A stretch of DNA of 64,000 nt. Origin: Azolla caroliniana (Eukaryota > Plantae > Polypodiophyta). Below, one piece after another: positions 1-13,700 of this stretch. The stretch's first letter is position 1, and each line of letters begins with the position of its first letter. The DNA lies in contig JBHGNT010000016.1 of assembly GCA_043228905.1 (NCBI GenBank), forward strand, positions 992,001-1,056,000, given 5' to 3'. A program made the translations under genes and the position numbers. A model generated the notes under the pieces. That model worked only from the letters and a program-made list of their open reading frames with translations. It did not search any database and was not told the origin of the DNA.

Positions 1-206
1 TTGCAAAAGCAAGGGTCCAGATGCACATACATTCCCAAGTAAAGAATCAAACATGCATAAGACAGTGTATCATAATCACGTATCAAGTGTATTTAGATGC
101 ATTCCCCAGTAAATAAAAGCAAATATCACAGATTAGAAAAAAAAGAACAAAGCCTAAAAGAAAGCAATAGAAATTTAGCTGAAGAAGAAGAGGAAAAATA
201 GCTTAC

Positions 207-303
207 CACCATGGACTCTAGGGTTTCTGCGGAGACGACTCAGGCCTTGATCTGGCTGTGGACCAGCCACCACATCATCCCAGAGCTTATCAAGCAAACC
301 CAT
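207..303 (-). CDS. DRM1: Dormancy/auxin-repressed protein (DRM1/ARP family), first coding exon; remaining exons lie left of the window
   Basis: MGLLDKLWDDVVAGPQPDQGLSRLR is the conserved DRM1/ARP N-terminus; the exon ends at a G|GTAAG donor (206); CT-rich 5' leader upstream. Confidence 0.9.
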
Positions 304-336
304 GATCGAGATTAGAAGTACAAACGAAGAAACAGA

Positions 337-373
<37 letters not shown>

Positions 374-548
374 AACAGAGGAGAAAAGCAAGAATGGGTA
401 AACGAAGAAGCCAAGGCGATATATATAGGAGAAAAAATCTCTCTGTCTCTCTCTGTGTACAGTCACACTGTACACATACACAGAGAGAGAGATAGAGAGA
501 GAGTGTGTGTGTGTGTCTCTCTCTCTCTCTCTGTGTGGTCTCTTTCTT

Positions 549-581
<33 letters not shown>

Positions 582-745
582 GCGTGAAAGCCTCTTCTCT
601 GACTCAGCGTCTGTGTGTGGGTGTGGATAAGGAAGGGGGGCAGAGAGGGACCTCATCCTCCCCCCATACCTCTTTTCTTCTTCTCTTCAACTTTTTGTCT
701 TTCAAGTTTTGTCCACTTTTGTCTCTTGGACATTTGACTCCATAA

Positions 746-773
<28 letters not shown>
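337..773. repeat. Microsatellite cluster: (AG)n, (CT)n, (TG)n and (TACA)7
   Basis: Simple repeats visible at 337-368, 483-575 and 746-773. Confidence 0.9.
624..632 (-). promoter_or_regulatory. TTATCCA (sugar-repressive/I-box-like) element upstream of DRM1
   Basis: CCTTATCCA on the minus strand about 200 bp upstream of a TATATATA run near 420-427; a short motif, so a chance match is possible. Confidence 0.35.
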
Positions 774-776
<3 letters not shown>

Positions 777-3700
777 TATGTATAAATGGGCAACTAGGAC
801 AACTATCCCCATTTCAATACATACATATGTACACACCTTATGAATGGGCCGAGCGAGCGATTGACACATTACATAGAGACAGAGACAGAGAGATAAGATG
901 TGACTTATTATTGGGCAAAGCCAAGCAATCGAGAGGGACCTTCTTGTATTGACATGCCTCCTATTTAGGGAACTACGTGGTAATTTTTTTCCCCCATTTA
1001 TGTCTTCCAAGTTTCGACGCCCATTTCGTTTTGATGATATTAGAAAATGCGTACTCACTCCCTCCTCTTTACCCCCTCCTTTTCCTCTCCTTCTTTCTCT
1101 ACGAAAACAACCCAATCAAAAGAAAAGATGATGTCCCTTTACCTCTAAAGTTGTTGTTTTTTTATTGGTTGAAGGTACCCCCTTGGCGCAAGATGCAGAT
1201 ATTGTGACAAAAAGTGGAATAAACAATTGCTTGTTCCTACACCTAATGCAAATGGGCATTGTGACATATGACACTTCTTATTGGGGTAAACCCAAAATTC
1301 GTATCCTAGCCACAAAATCTTTGATTCTTGTCGACCCCCTCCCCAGGACAATAAATCGACAACCATGGGTGCAAGGGTACCAACACCAAATGCACATAGT
1401 GCAAACAAAGAAATGACGTTTTGTGCTCAAGGTAATCACACAACAAAATAAAGTTGTGGGCGCATTTTGATGACACTTTTGTAACAAATTCTTACATTTG
1501 TCCAACTTCCAATCATAATCATATAGGGATGTTCACTATGAATATGGTATAGATGCTAGCTTATGTGTATTAGTTCTTGTTAATTTCAAAATCTTCATGA
1601 GTTTCTTGGATGTGAGTCTCAATCTTGACATGTTTATAACGAGCCATGACTCACAAGTTCTTACTCAAGGACAACACGTCGAAATAATAGTATGATCGTA
1701 TGTATTGTATATTATTGGGTAAATGCACATTTATTTGACGATGTCACATTTATAATGTGTTACTGACGTGTCAATTAATGGATTGGCATTCATTTCAACG
1801 CAAAAAAGGTCAACACTATTATGATGGAAATCATGGATCCACATGCCATGTAGAGATTCAAAGATAAACGATATTGGAAGGATAAGTTGGTCTAGTTGCA
1901 AGCTACCATTCTTTCTTCAAGTAAAAATGCGTGCGATTTATATATAAAAAATAAATTGCAAATATAGGACACCTGTAAATGATTCCATGGAAACAAACAA
2001 GAGATTTACATTTGTTTTTGGGCAAAATATAAAGTTACATCTCATATGAGATTGCATGAAACACCATAAATCCCTCCCCCCCCATACATCGGGGCCCTCC
2101 ATTGATGACATACTTCTTACATTCTACATATCGTCAAAGAGCTCATTCATTAATGTGCATTATTAAGCTAACACTTTGCTCGATCATAACCAAATACAAA
2201 AAACATTGCCATCTTCATTAAGAACTCATTTATGCATTATTAAGCTAACACTTTGTTTGATCATAATCAAATACAAAAAACATTGCCATCTTCGTTAAGG
2301 ACTTGTTTAAGATCATTGATTGTATTTCCTTAGGCGTGTCACAGTGACATTGCTTTCCTATAGAGTTTTGTATTTTCTTTATACACTTCATTGCATAGTA
2401 ACTTGCCGAGATAGAGTAAAAAAAACAATGTTACTTCATATTATATTGGGATAAATTTAAGTTGATGATGTGCATTGAGTAAAGTTCATTCTTTGCAACT
2501 TAGGGTTACGGGTTCAAGTCCTTAGCAATGGGCGCCATGTTGAATTTATTATAAATCACTCTAAACTCTTAGCTTTGAGATTATGCACATCAACAAATTC
2601 CATCTATAAGCAAGGTTTTGCTAAATTGTTCTTTTTTTTTCCCAAAAAAAACATTACTTTGCGTTTGTTAGCAAACCAAATACAGCAAAGTTCAACTTGA
2701 ATCCACAATGGGATCAATATATACAACACTGATGAACAACTCCAAAACCAACAAAAAACCCAGCAAAACTCACACGGCACTTTTTTCCATCTTGTAATAC
2801 CAATACACAAAATGGTATGTAAGTATCATGAATCTTGTGCTATTACCAAATGCATCGACCTTGGAAATCTATCACTTTCATATATCATATAAGATACTCA
2901 TCCATGTCCAGCAACTAGTTCTATAATTCAAATTTATAAACTAAGATTGCAGGTTCAAGTCCTAAGCGAAGATTAGGGTTACACTTATCACAAAACTTGT
3001 AAGATTGAAGTCATCCGCATCACTCCTAAAATATAGTCCTAAAATATGGAAATGGATATTTGCATTTTGGCACGACCCAACATCGAGCCCGTACGTGCTA
3101 AATCACATTGTAAAAGTATTGACTTTACATATAACATAAACAATTGCTTGTCACTACAAAGGATTGGCAACCGCGACAACCAATCTCCCCATTATTTGGA
3201 AACCAATAATTAGTTTCTTTAATTTTAGGTTGGATCATGTGCACCAACCCACATGCTCCATGACATAGAGAGAAGGCAATTAACATTACCTTTAATTGCA
3301 TTAACAAGACATTATGTGCAAAAGCACAATGTGAAAGCAATACCTATGGAACAATGGTTTTAATGTTGAGTTCATTATAGATATACATTTTTTTTTTTTT
3401 GAGATAATGCATACTACCATACTTTCTTTTCAGGAAATTAGATTGAGAAACGAACTACAAATTTCCTTTGTTTAAATAGCGTTAGATGTCCCCACAAGTT
3501 TTGCTTATGGATTAGCAAGGTAAATGTTCAAGGTTCATCGGTGTATAGGCAAGAACATGCCAAAGATTGGAAGCATAGGTTGGGCTAGTCAATGGATAAC
3601 CTTGACAAATGATTAAGGCTTACCAAATTTAGTGCAGGCAAGAACATGCCAAAGACTAGATGCATAGGTTGGGCTAATCAATGCCTAACCTTGACAAATG

Positions 3701-5170
3701 GTTAAGGCTTACGAAATTAATTGTTGTGATGTTAAGCTTAATCTCCCTCCCTTGTATGTAAGACATTGACACATTGAAACCCCATAGGATGTATACGTCC
3801 ACAAACCCTCAGTCTCACACAAAATAAAGCACTAAACATTGTCCATTATAAATTCTTCATAAGTAATGGTAGTTTCGGGGGGAACATAATAACATCACTC
3901 CAACGCAATCAATAATCAATAAGCAAATTATCTTCTTTTATAAATTGCTCTAATGTTCATATGCCTCCAAGATGATACACATAGTTTTAGAAGAGTTAAG
4001 GCTCTAGATATCCAATTCTTTAAAGTGAAGATTTTGTAATGAATGTGCATTTCTTAGTCCTTTTAGGTTATCATGACTCGTGGACAACGATCATATGTCA
4101 AAAAAATAAAAAGCTAATGTTTGCCAATGTTGAAGTCCTTTTAAATTAATTAAAATATCATATTGTGTGGCTCTCATCATCTCTTCTTCCTTGGTCTCCC
4201 ATGTTATGTTGCTCCTAGTATGAGCCAAAATGCTCAAATATGGTTTGTGTATATGCATAACATATTCACATGATTGGAGCCATGAATAAAATATTTTATC
4301 AAACTAGTTACCATGGTCTCACAGTTTAAATGACTTGATGGTTCGAACTTACAAATTGCAGTCTATATTGGATGATCGCTATCATGACTTTACAACATGT
4401 TATAGGGAAAGATCTGAACCCATAACCTCCATGTTTAATTATCAATATTCCATTACCTTGTGATTTTATATGCAATTTTATGTAGTTATGACAACACCCC
4501 TAAGTTATATGTTGATTGCCAAATGATGTGCATGCAAATAGCCAAGTGGCAACCATGCATGACATTGTGGTGCACTAACCATTTCAAAATGTTAGCCTTC
4601 GTCACATCATTGCAAGTATTGTCCATGTTGTTCTCAACATAAATCCTTTTCTTATTGTTCTCTTTTCCTATATCAATCTAGTTTATGGATTCTGCCTATG
4701 ACATATTGAACCATGACATCTTTTCTCTTCTTTTCTTGGGGAGCTTTAGCAAGGTTTTTTTCATAGCCATGGAGTATATTGGCAAGTATAAATACTTGTT
4801 CATATTGTTAGAGATTGAGTGTCATATAATCAAATCGTAGCACCAAAGCAAGACAATCAATTATTTGAGACTTACACAAATTGAGTGTTGAGAAGGTTAA
4901 AAATAACACAATGAGTAAACATCTTCACAAGTCTACCAACTAGAAGGAACATTGGTATCCCTATGAAACCCAAGTAAGTACTATTGATTATCTTGATCGT
5001 AGTTTCCCCATTACAACGAGAAACCTTTATATCCCTTATAGACATGGAGGATCCAATCGGTTTGAAGTTCTTAACCAAGTATATGATGAATCAAAACATG
5101 TAACTTTGGCCAAATCTAGAGTTGTTTGGTTGCACAATCTAGTTTACATTGAGTTTGTCCCTGTTCTAGT

Positions 5171-5515
5171 TAGGAATCGACAATGGCTTAGTTTGGCTTA
5201 ACCGGTTCGACCTTGTCCAAACCAAATTGGTTAAGCTTTAATCTGTATGGGGGTTTCCAAAGTAGAGTCAAACCGGTTCCTAAACAAGTTAAGGCTAACC
5301 AATTTGGCCAAATTAGTTAAAGGAACCAGTTTATCCAAGCCGATTAAGCCTTAGCTGGTTTGACTCAAATTAGTTTTCAACTTGAGCCACCCCAAATCAA
5401 GCTCAAACCAGTTAAGGACGCTCTAGCTTAAACCAAACCAAACCAAACTGCCAAACTATTTAAAAATGATTTAACGCTTTGGTTCAGGCTTCAACCAAGA
5501 TGTCGTTGATTCCTA
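5171..5515. mobile_element. Non-autonomous hAT-type MITE (345 bp)
   Basis: 8-bp TSD GTTCTAGT at 5163-5170 and 5516-5523; TIRs TAGGAATCGAC / GTTGATTCCTA; many internal AACC(G)GTT / AACCAA motifs. Confidence 0.85.
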
Positions 5516-8500
5516 GTTCTAGTTCTATTTCATTAAATCATAACAATTTTGTTTTTGCAAGAGCTAAGCTTAATACATCTAAGTATTGTCGATCCCTTGC
5601 ATGTACTCTTTTAGATTCAAGACCCACCCTATGTTTTATGCATTGAGATTTTTTCTTAGTGTAAATGTATCTCTTTAAATAAATTACCCAACAATCACTA
5701 TTTGGAACGTCTAGTTGTTTTTGGTCTACCTTGATTTGAACTTCATAAACTACATATTGACTCAAGAAAGAGTCCTCATAGAGTGCCACGGAATTTGAGA
5801 GGCTAGAGAATCTCATAGAGATGACACTCCCAAGTTGTGTACTTCAATTATTATAGATATGGGAATCCCATAATATCTCAATTGTTTCCCTACAAAGGTT
5901 ATAGAAAGGTTAAGAAGAGGAAATGGGGCCTCACTATTGGCTAAGCATCAAGCGTTTGTGGATATCTTCAATAAGATGAAAATGTTGATAAGAGGAACAC
6001 TTGCAAAAGTAGATCTAAATAAGGCAACATTTGTGGAGCGAGAGATTATGCAAAGGCGAAGAATTCTAGAATCAATTCCCAAGATGATGTCTTGTATGCA
6101 AATCACAATGATGGATATGATCATGATAGGCAAACAGGAAAATTTCTTTGAAATTGAGCACTTTTGTCATATTCTTTGGTGAAAATATTACTCGTCAATA
6201 AATCATCGTAATAAAAATGTTGGATGCTAGAAGAATAAGTAGCATTGCTTGGTAATGCATGTTAAATGACAATGGCCCGTGGGCAATGTAGAGGTCACAC
6301 ATTAATTCCCATGTGAAGAATCCCATGTATTCTTAGTCCAACCAATAACCATGAGTACCATGCCATGGCCCATAACATGGACGAAAGTTTTGAGATGGTG
6401 CCTTTGGAAGTAGCAAATTGTGGAGGTAGTTACCGATGTGTTCCATCATGGAGGTCATGCACCTAGAGTTAAGAAGATGTGAACAATATTTAATTTATGG
6501 CCAACTGAATGGTTGCATGGATGGTGTCCTACCCAATGGAAGTCCATCAAGGTAATGCATATGTTGATTATTGACTCCTTAATTGTATTATTGCATGTAT
6601 AGTATTGACCAAATGTTATCCTAACAACCTTGTGTGTGTGTATGTGTGTCTCCATCCCTCTCTCTCTATATGTACATATATATAACGAGTACATTATTCT
6701 TAAAATATAAAATTTGAGTAGCCATTCCGTAAACCATTAACTTTCAAATAAATGTTTGAAACATTAGAAGATAATGGAAGTATTCTAAAAGGTATATTCA
6801 ACTGAAAATGGATTCTAAAAAATCTTAAAATATAAAATTTGAGTAGTCATTCCGTAAACCATTAACTTTTGAATAAACATTTGAAATGTTAGTAGATAAT
6901 GGAAGCTTGCTTTAAAGTATATTCAAATAAAAATGGATTCTCAAAAAAGGTGAGACAGGAGCCGGTGGTTGTCGTCTTTGTACACCAAATAGTCTAAACT
7001 ACCTCTTTACTAAAGGTTCATGTCACTTTAGTTGGCTAGATGACATCAATCTTGTCATCATTTATGAATGTTATTATTAGAACACTTTAGTTGTTCAACG
7101 ATGCTGACCTTGCTATGACCATTAATCATACCAATGTATTTGAAGTTGTATCCTTTGTTCAATGTAAGTTTAGAGTGCAGTTATAAGCAAGCCATAACAA
7201 CAAAAAAATGAAAATGTTATCTCCCAAGCATACATGCACATTACCAAGATTCAATCATGCCAAGGATATAAATTGGTGGTTGCATGGTCTATGATAATAT
7301 AATTAAATTTTCATTGCAAGGGATATATGATCCAATCTTATTATATTAATAAAATCCCTTGACTACCCACAATAATTACATACACGTTTACTTAATAAGA
7401 AGCCAATCATGAAGAGATATAATGGTTTAACCATAAATTGTAAACATTGTCTCCATGTGATCACTAGATCTATGAAACTAACCTAATATTAATGCTTGGG
7501 AGTTTGACATAGCCATAACATCTCTAAGGGATGTCCACATGAATCATAAGCATGCAAATATTTCATAAGATATAGCAAATAATTTATGAAAAAATTGGGA
7601 TGGTTATCACAACACATTGCACTACAACCTTCAATACATTTGTACAATCTATGGCTTCATATTCAACATTGCATGGCTTCTAATCAAAGCTAATGATATT
7701 CCTCATGGAACTTGGCAAATACTTAGGTTGAATTATCTATGGTCAATATGGCTCATGAGAAATTACAATGTTGTCAATCGTGTAAATGAAAATCTAACCC
7801 ATGCACAAAGGTGTCTACTATGTAGCCAAGTCATGGAGAAGTAGAATTTGCAAAGGATCTTGAAACAAAACAAAAAATATTCATAATCTCATTAGTCATA
7901 TGAAAGAAAATGGTGTCACAAAATTTGAGGAGAATAAACATGATATGGAATGGACTGGCAAATAGAGTAAGGAGACTTTATTATTGAGCTTTGATGCACA
8001 AGAAGATACCTTTGCCCGCCTCAACAAATTGGTGACTGCTTCCTTTTGATGTAATAATTTGTCTAGTGAGAGTGTTTAAAGTTTTCTTGGTAAAAAAGAA
8101 AGAAAGAAAGGAACTTTGTCAATCCTTCCACCAATGTATATCACTCATTCTCTAATATAAACTTCTTGTTCATGCTAAAATGAAAATGCTTAAGCATAAT
8201 ATATGAAGAATTACATTTTAAGAGAGAGGTAAGCTGCACCTAGGCTTCCAAGTTTCCCCTTCTTCTTGACGGGCTGCCAAGGAGCCTCATCACTCTTGGT
8301 TCCCCCCTTCTCAAGGCATTCCCTTAGATTGAAGTCCCACTACCTTGTCACCAACAAGTGTGGACGAACAACCCTTGAAACGGGTGAAGATCCTCTTAGG
8401 GAGTGCAAAAGCACACGACCTATAGGTGAGAGCTACCAACATATTTACATTGCTCCAAGGGCTAGGGGATGACAACCTAGAAGCGTTGGCAGCAACGTTG

Positions 8501-10384
8501 TCCCCATGTGACTCCTTGTCCCTTCCCTCACAAGATCCTCAGCTCGTGTTCCCCACCCTGATGGAGTTGCAACCACATCATGTACTTTCTATCCCAGAGG
8601 AGATGTTGGCAAAGGCCCCCCTCATGATGGAACATGAATGTGGTGGTGACCTCAGATTACTGAAATCATGGATCCGGACGGGCAAGATCAAGGGCAAAGG
8701 GAAGGGAAATACAGGCAAACCATCACCTGGTTTGGCGAGGACTATTTGGGATAAAGGGATGCAGGTTGGACAACCACTTAGGAGCCAAAACGTATCGCGA
8801 GAACTATTTGAAGTGGGTCGGGATCGACAGGCAGAGAATCCCTTAGGGGCTCTTCAGTCCTTGATGGAGCCCATAGCCCCAAAAACAGTTGTTAGTTTTT
8901 CCCGTGACATGGGGGTCAGCCCGGACATGGGTGTCAACCTCACCGTTTTTGGATGAGGATCTTAATGTGGAATGTACAGGGCCTTGGTGGAGGCCTGCAA
9001 CACCAAGAGTGCAAAAGACTTCGGCAGGAGTTGAATCCCCCTAACATTGGGGGCAAGATCGACATATTGCTTTTGCACGAACACCACCTCTCTAAAGAGA
9101 GAATTTAGAGCCTAATAAACCCCTTGTCGGGTGGGTGGACCACATGATGGTCGGCGGCACAGGGCGACCTCCACCGAAAAGGAGGGGTATGCATCTTGAT
9201 TAACGATAAGGCCCGATATGAAGTAACATCACATGGCACACTGGTTGCGGGTAGAGCCTTATATGTGCTTCTGAAATGGAATCGCCTACAGATTGGGGTG
9301 CTAAACATTTATGACCCTAACTCATTCCCCGAGAGAGTAATATTCTGGAGGATGTTAGCGACCACATTACCTGATGCAGAGGCATGGATAATGGCTGGTG
9401 ATTTCAACATGGTTGAGCATCTGGGAGACAGGAAAGGGGGGACCCAAAGACCAATTCATGGTGCGGAGCAGGATTCATGGGCTTTCTTAATTGGCAAAAT
9501 CGGGGTGAAAGATACATGGGGCTCTTCCCTTACGAGATGCTCACATTCGCTGCATTTCTCTAGAGCCGCCGTGAATGTTAGGGGTGGTAACCTGGCATGG
9601 TTAGACTGCATATACATCAACTTGTCCCTTGAAGAGTTGGGGGGCTCCTTCGCTATCTTGGCAGGTCTTACCTTCTCTGATCACCAACCGATGAGACTAG
9701 ACCTTAACCCACCCAACCGCAGACATGGGAGTCTCAATGTGAAAATCCCCACAAAGATCATGAAGAGTGAAGAGGTGAAGGCAAGTCTACAGAGTATATG
9801 GCGGGAGACCATTGTAAGAGAATCGGCTAGTGAGGATTTGCAAAAAAAACTGGCCCTCTCCTCCTTTTTACAAGCGAGCCCTCCAGTAGGTCAGAGCCAT
9901 TGAAATAAAATTAAGGAAGACTGTTGCGGCAGCGCAATGGTTGCTACAGGCAGACCCTAGTTGCAATTGGTCTAGATCGAAGCTAGAGGAAGCCAAGATG
10001 AAGGTGCGGGTAAGGACGGAGGAGAGGAACCGAATGCTATTTAGAAGAATGACGACATGGTGGGCTAGAATAGACGATAGGGTCAACCGACATTTCTTTC
10101 ATTACAAGGCTCCCAAGGGTGGTGGTGGACATATACAAGGGTTGCGCAAACCAGACGGCTCAATTACGCAGGACAAGGATGAGATTTTGCATATGGCAAC
10201 GCAATACTATCAAGACCTACTTGCACCTATCCATATGAGGCAAAACATAGAGTTGGTTGATAGGGTGATGACTTGCATTCACCCCAAGGAAACCCAAGAG
10301 ATGGAAATGGTGCTCGATAGCCCCATTTCTCGAATAGAACTCTTGGAGGCACTCAGGGATTTGTAGAGAGGAGCATGCCCCGGC

Positions 10385-10737
10385 TGTCACGGATCATAAA
10401 CTCAAGAGACAACGAAGAAGATAACCAAATGGACAAGAAAGAAGATAGTACTAAAGGAAAGACTCCATAACTGGTGTTGTTCACCTTGAATTCCTTCAAG
10501 GTGAACTCCTCTATTTATACTACATGGCATGCATACTTGTTGCACGCATGTGAATCTACAATAGAGCATGTAGGTATGCATGCATGTGCCAAGTGTAAAT
10601 ACTACAAGGGAGCAACTATGCACATGATGCTAGCAAAATAATAAGGAACAATTACATACATAACTAGTACTAGATATCTTGGTTAACTCATAATAGTAGA
10701 TTATAACATGGTCGTGTCAAGAGTTCGAATCTTGACA
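10385..10737 (-). repeat. 3' LTR of the chromovirus
   Basis: Follows the PPT; identical to the 5' LTR. Confidence 0.97.
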
Positions 10738-13700
10738 TTATCCCCCCTCTTACGCCGCCGCCTTCCCAAATCGGCCGCTGGTTTGTGGGGATATCGGTGA
10801 TGAAAATCTTGGACGACCTCTGGGGCATTTTGTAAATTTTCCGATGGTTCCCATGTGGCCTCAGACATGGGGTAACCCCTCCATAGGACGAGGTATTGCA
10901 AGTGTCGACGGTGCCAACGCGAGTCAAGGATTTGGTCGACCTCGTATTCCTCCCCTGTCGTCAATTGCACAGGTGGTGGTGGTGGGGCTTGACGTCCTGG
11001 GAGTTGTGAAGCATAATGGGGTTCGAGGAGGGAGACATGAAAAACATCGTGAATCCGGAAGTGGGATGGAAGGGCAAGCCGGAAGGCGACGGGATTGATG
11101 CACTCGATGATACGGAATGGTCCCAACTTCTTGTAGTCAAGTTTCGCACATGGACGAGTAGTAGAGATGTGTCGACGTAACAACCAGACCATGTCTCCAA
11201 CGACAAAGTGTGGAGTGGAAGATCGATGGCGATCAGCCTGCTTCTTGTATCGTTCATTAGCAAGACTAAGCTCCAAGGATAAATCATGATGTACTTCTTC
11301 CAAAATGCGGGCACGATCCTCCGCCGAAGGGTTCACGGAAGTGGTAGGAAGGGAAATGTTGAAGCGAGGATGTAAACCGTAGTTGGCAAAGAAGGGAGTG
11401 ACACCAGTCGATGCATGGAGTGAATTATTGTAGGCGAATTCCGCGAGCGAAAGTAAGTTGACCCAATCATCTTGTTGGTAACTAACCGAGCACCGAAGAT
11501 ACTGCTCAAGGATTTGGTTGACACGCTCCGTTTGCCCGTCAGTTTGGGGGTGATAAGCGGAGGACAACTTGACAGAGATGCCTAAAGTTTGTAGCAGGCG
11601 CTGCCAGAAGTGAGAGACAAACTGGGGTCCGCGATCCGAGATGACATCATCGGGGAGTCCATGCAAGCGTACTACATTGTTGAGTAGGAGATGCACCATT
11701 CCTTCTCCGGAAATGGTTTTGGAGCATGGAGTGAAGTGAGCCATCTTCGTAAACCGATCGACAACGACCAACACCGAGTCATAGCTATTGACCAAGGGTA
11801 GATCAGTTATCAGGTCCATAGAGATAGAGGCCCAAGGACGACGAGGACATGGAAGCGGCTGTAGTAAGCCGTATGGCCGATGATGAATGGCTTTGGAGCG
11901 AGCACAAACCTCACAACTCTTTATGTATTCTTTGACCAGCTTCCATGGTTGTGGCCACCAATACCCCCGAGAGATTAGCTCGAGGGTTTTCGCAACCCCG
12001 AAATGACCTGCAAGTGGGTCATCGTGGCATTCCTGCAACACCCGGGTGCGACATGGGCCCTCTGGGACGTATAAGAGATGATCTCGGAACAACAAACCCT
12101 CTTGTATGGTGAAGGTGTCAAGATCCTTCCTTTTGGTCGCCTTGGAGGGGTTTTGCAAACTATCTCGAATCTCGTTGGCGAACGCATCGGTCTTGGATGC
12201 ATCAGTGATTTGTTGGAGTAAAGAATCATCCTGCAACATACAAGTGGCAAACAGATGCAATTGGTCGGGTTTCAACAAACGTCTAGATTGTTGAGCATAA
12301 GCAGCATCCCTAGGGCGGAGTGCAAGGTCAGCTCGGCGAGAAAGGGCATCAGCCTTCCCATGTTGGCCACCAGGTCGAAATACGATCTCAAAATTGTAGT
12401 CAGCGAGAAATGTAGACCAACGGGCCTGCCTTCGATTCAAAGTACGAGTGGTGGAAAAATAAACTAAATTTTTATGATCAGTTACTACCTGGACACGATG
12501 TTGTGCGCCGGCCAAGTAGGGTCGCCATTCTTCAAAGGCAGCAATGATAGCAGCAAGCTCCTTGTCATAAATGGGATAATTGATTTCAGATGCCGTAAAT
12601 TTTCGGGAATAGTAAGCCACTGGGTGCATTAGGTTGTTGTCGTCTGCTTGGGATAAGATGGCGCCAATGGCAAAGTCAGAGGCATCGGTTTCGACTTGGA
12701 AGGGTTTTGTGGGGTCGGCATGTAGCAGCACCGGGGCAGTGATGAATGCGTGTTTGAGTGAGTCGAACGCATTTTGTGCCTCCGAGGTCCATAAAAATGG
12801 AGTGCCTTTATGGGTGAGAGCGATAAGAGGTTGTGCTAGGGTGGAAAACCCCTTGATGAAGCGACGGTAAAAATTCGCGAAGCCGAGGAAGGATTGCACA
12901 TCTTTAAGTCGCCTTGGAGTCGCCCACGCCTGAATGACAGAGACCTTCTTCATATCCATGGTGATGCCAGTGGGCGAGATGATGTAGCCCAGAAATTCGA
13001 TCGAGGTACGGTCGAACTCGCATTTCTCGCTTTTGGCATAAAGGCCATGCTCGCGAAGTTTGGCCAGAACTAATCGGACTTGGCGAGTGTGCTCCTCCAT
13101 GTTTGGCGAGAAAATGAGAATATCATCGAGGTAAATGACAACAAAAAGATCAAGATATTCTCGGAAAATATCGTTCATCATATGTTGAAAAACTGCGGGA
13201 GCGTTAGTAAGACCAAAAGGCATTACCTTGTATTCGAAATGCCCATACTGTGTTCGAAATGCGGTTTTCCATTCATCCCCCGGCTTGATGCGTACTAGAT
13301 TGTACGCGCCACGCAGATCAACTTTGGAGAAGACACGCGCAACTCGGAGCCGATCAAGGAGTTCGGGGATCAGAGGTAGCGGATAGCGGTTGCGCACAGT
13401 GAGTTTGTTGAGACCTCGGTAGTCGACGCATAAGCGTAGAGAGCCGTCCTTCTTCTTCACAAATAAAATGGGGGCCCCGGCTGGTGACTTAGAAGGTTGA
13501 ATAAAGCCTTTCTCGAGGTTCTCATCAAGATACACACGAAGGGCCTTCAACTCTGGTGCAGACAACGCATATAGAGGACCAAAGGGTGGACACGCACCTT
13601 CTTGAAGATCAATCGGACAGTCGTAGAGCCGGTGTTCAGGCAACCGATCAGCATTACATTTTTCAAATACGTCGGAGAAGTGTTGGTATTTTTCGGGAAT

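Noticed and set aside
290-1131. ORFs of 60-147 aa upstream of DRM1
   Set aside because: Produced by AG/CT/TG microsatellites that lack stop codons; low-complexity translations
10402-10623. Identical 73-aa ORF at 10402 and 15342
   Set aside because: Lies inside the duplicated LTR and spans its TATA box and predicted TSS; not a gene
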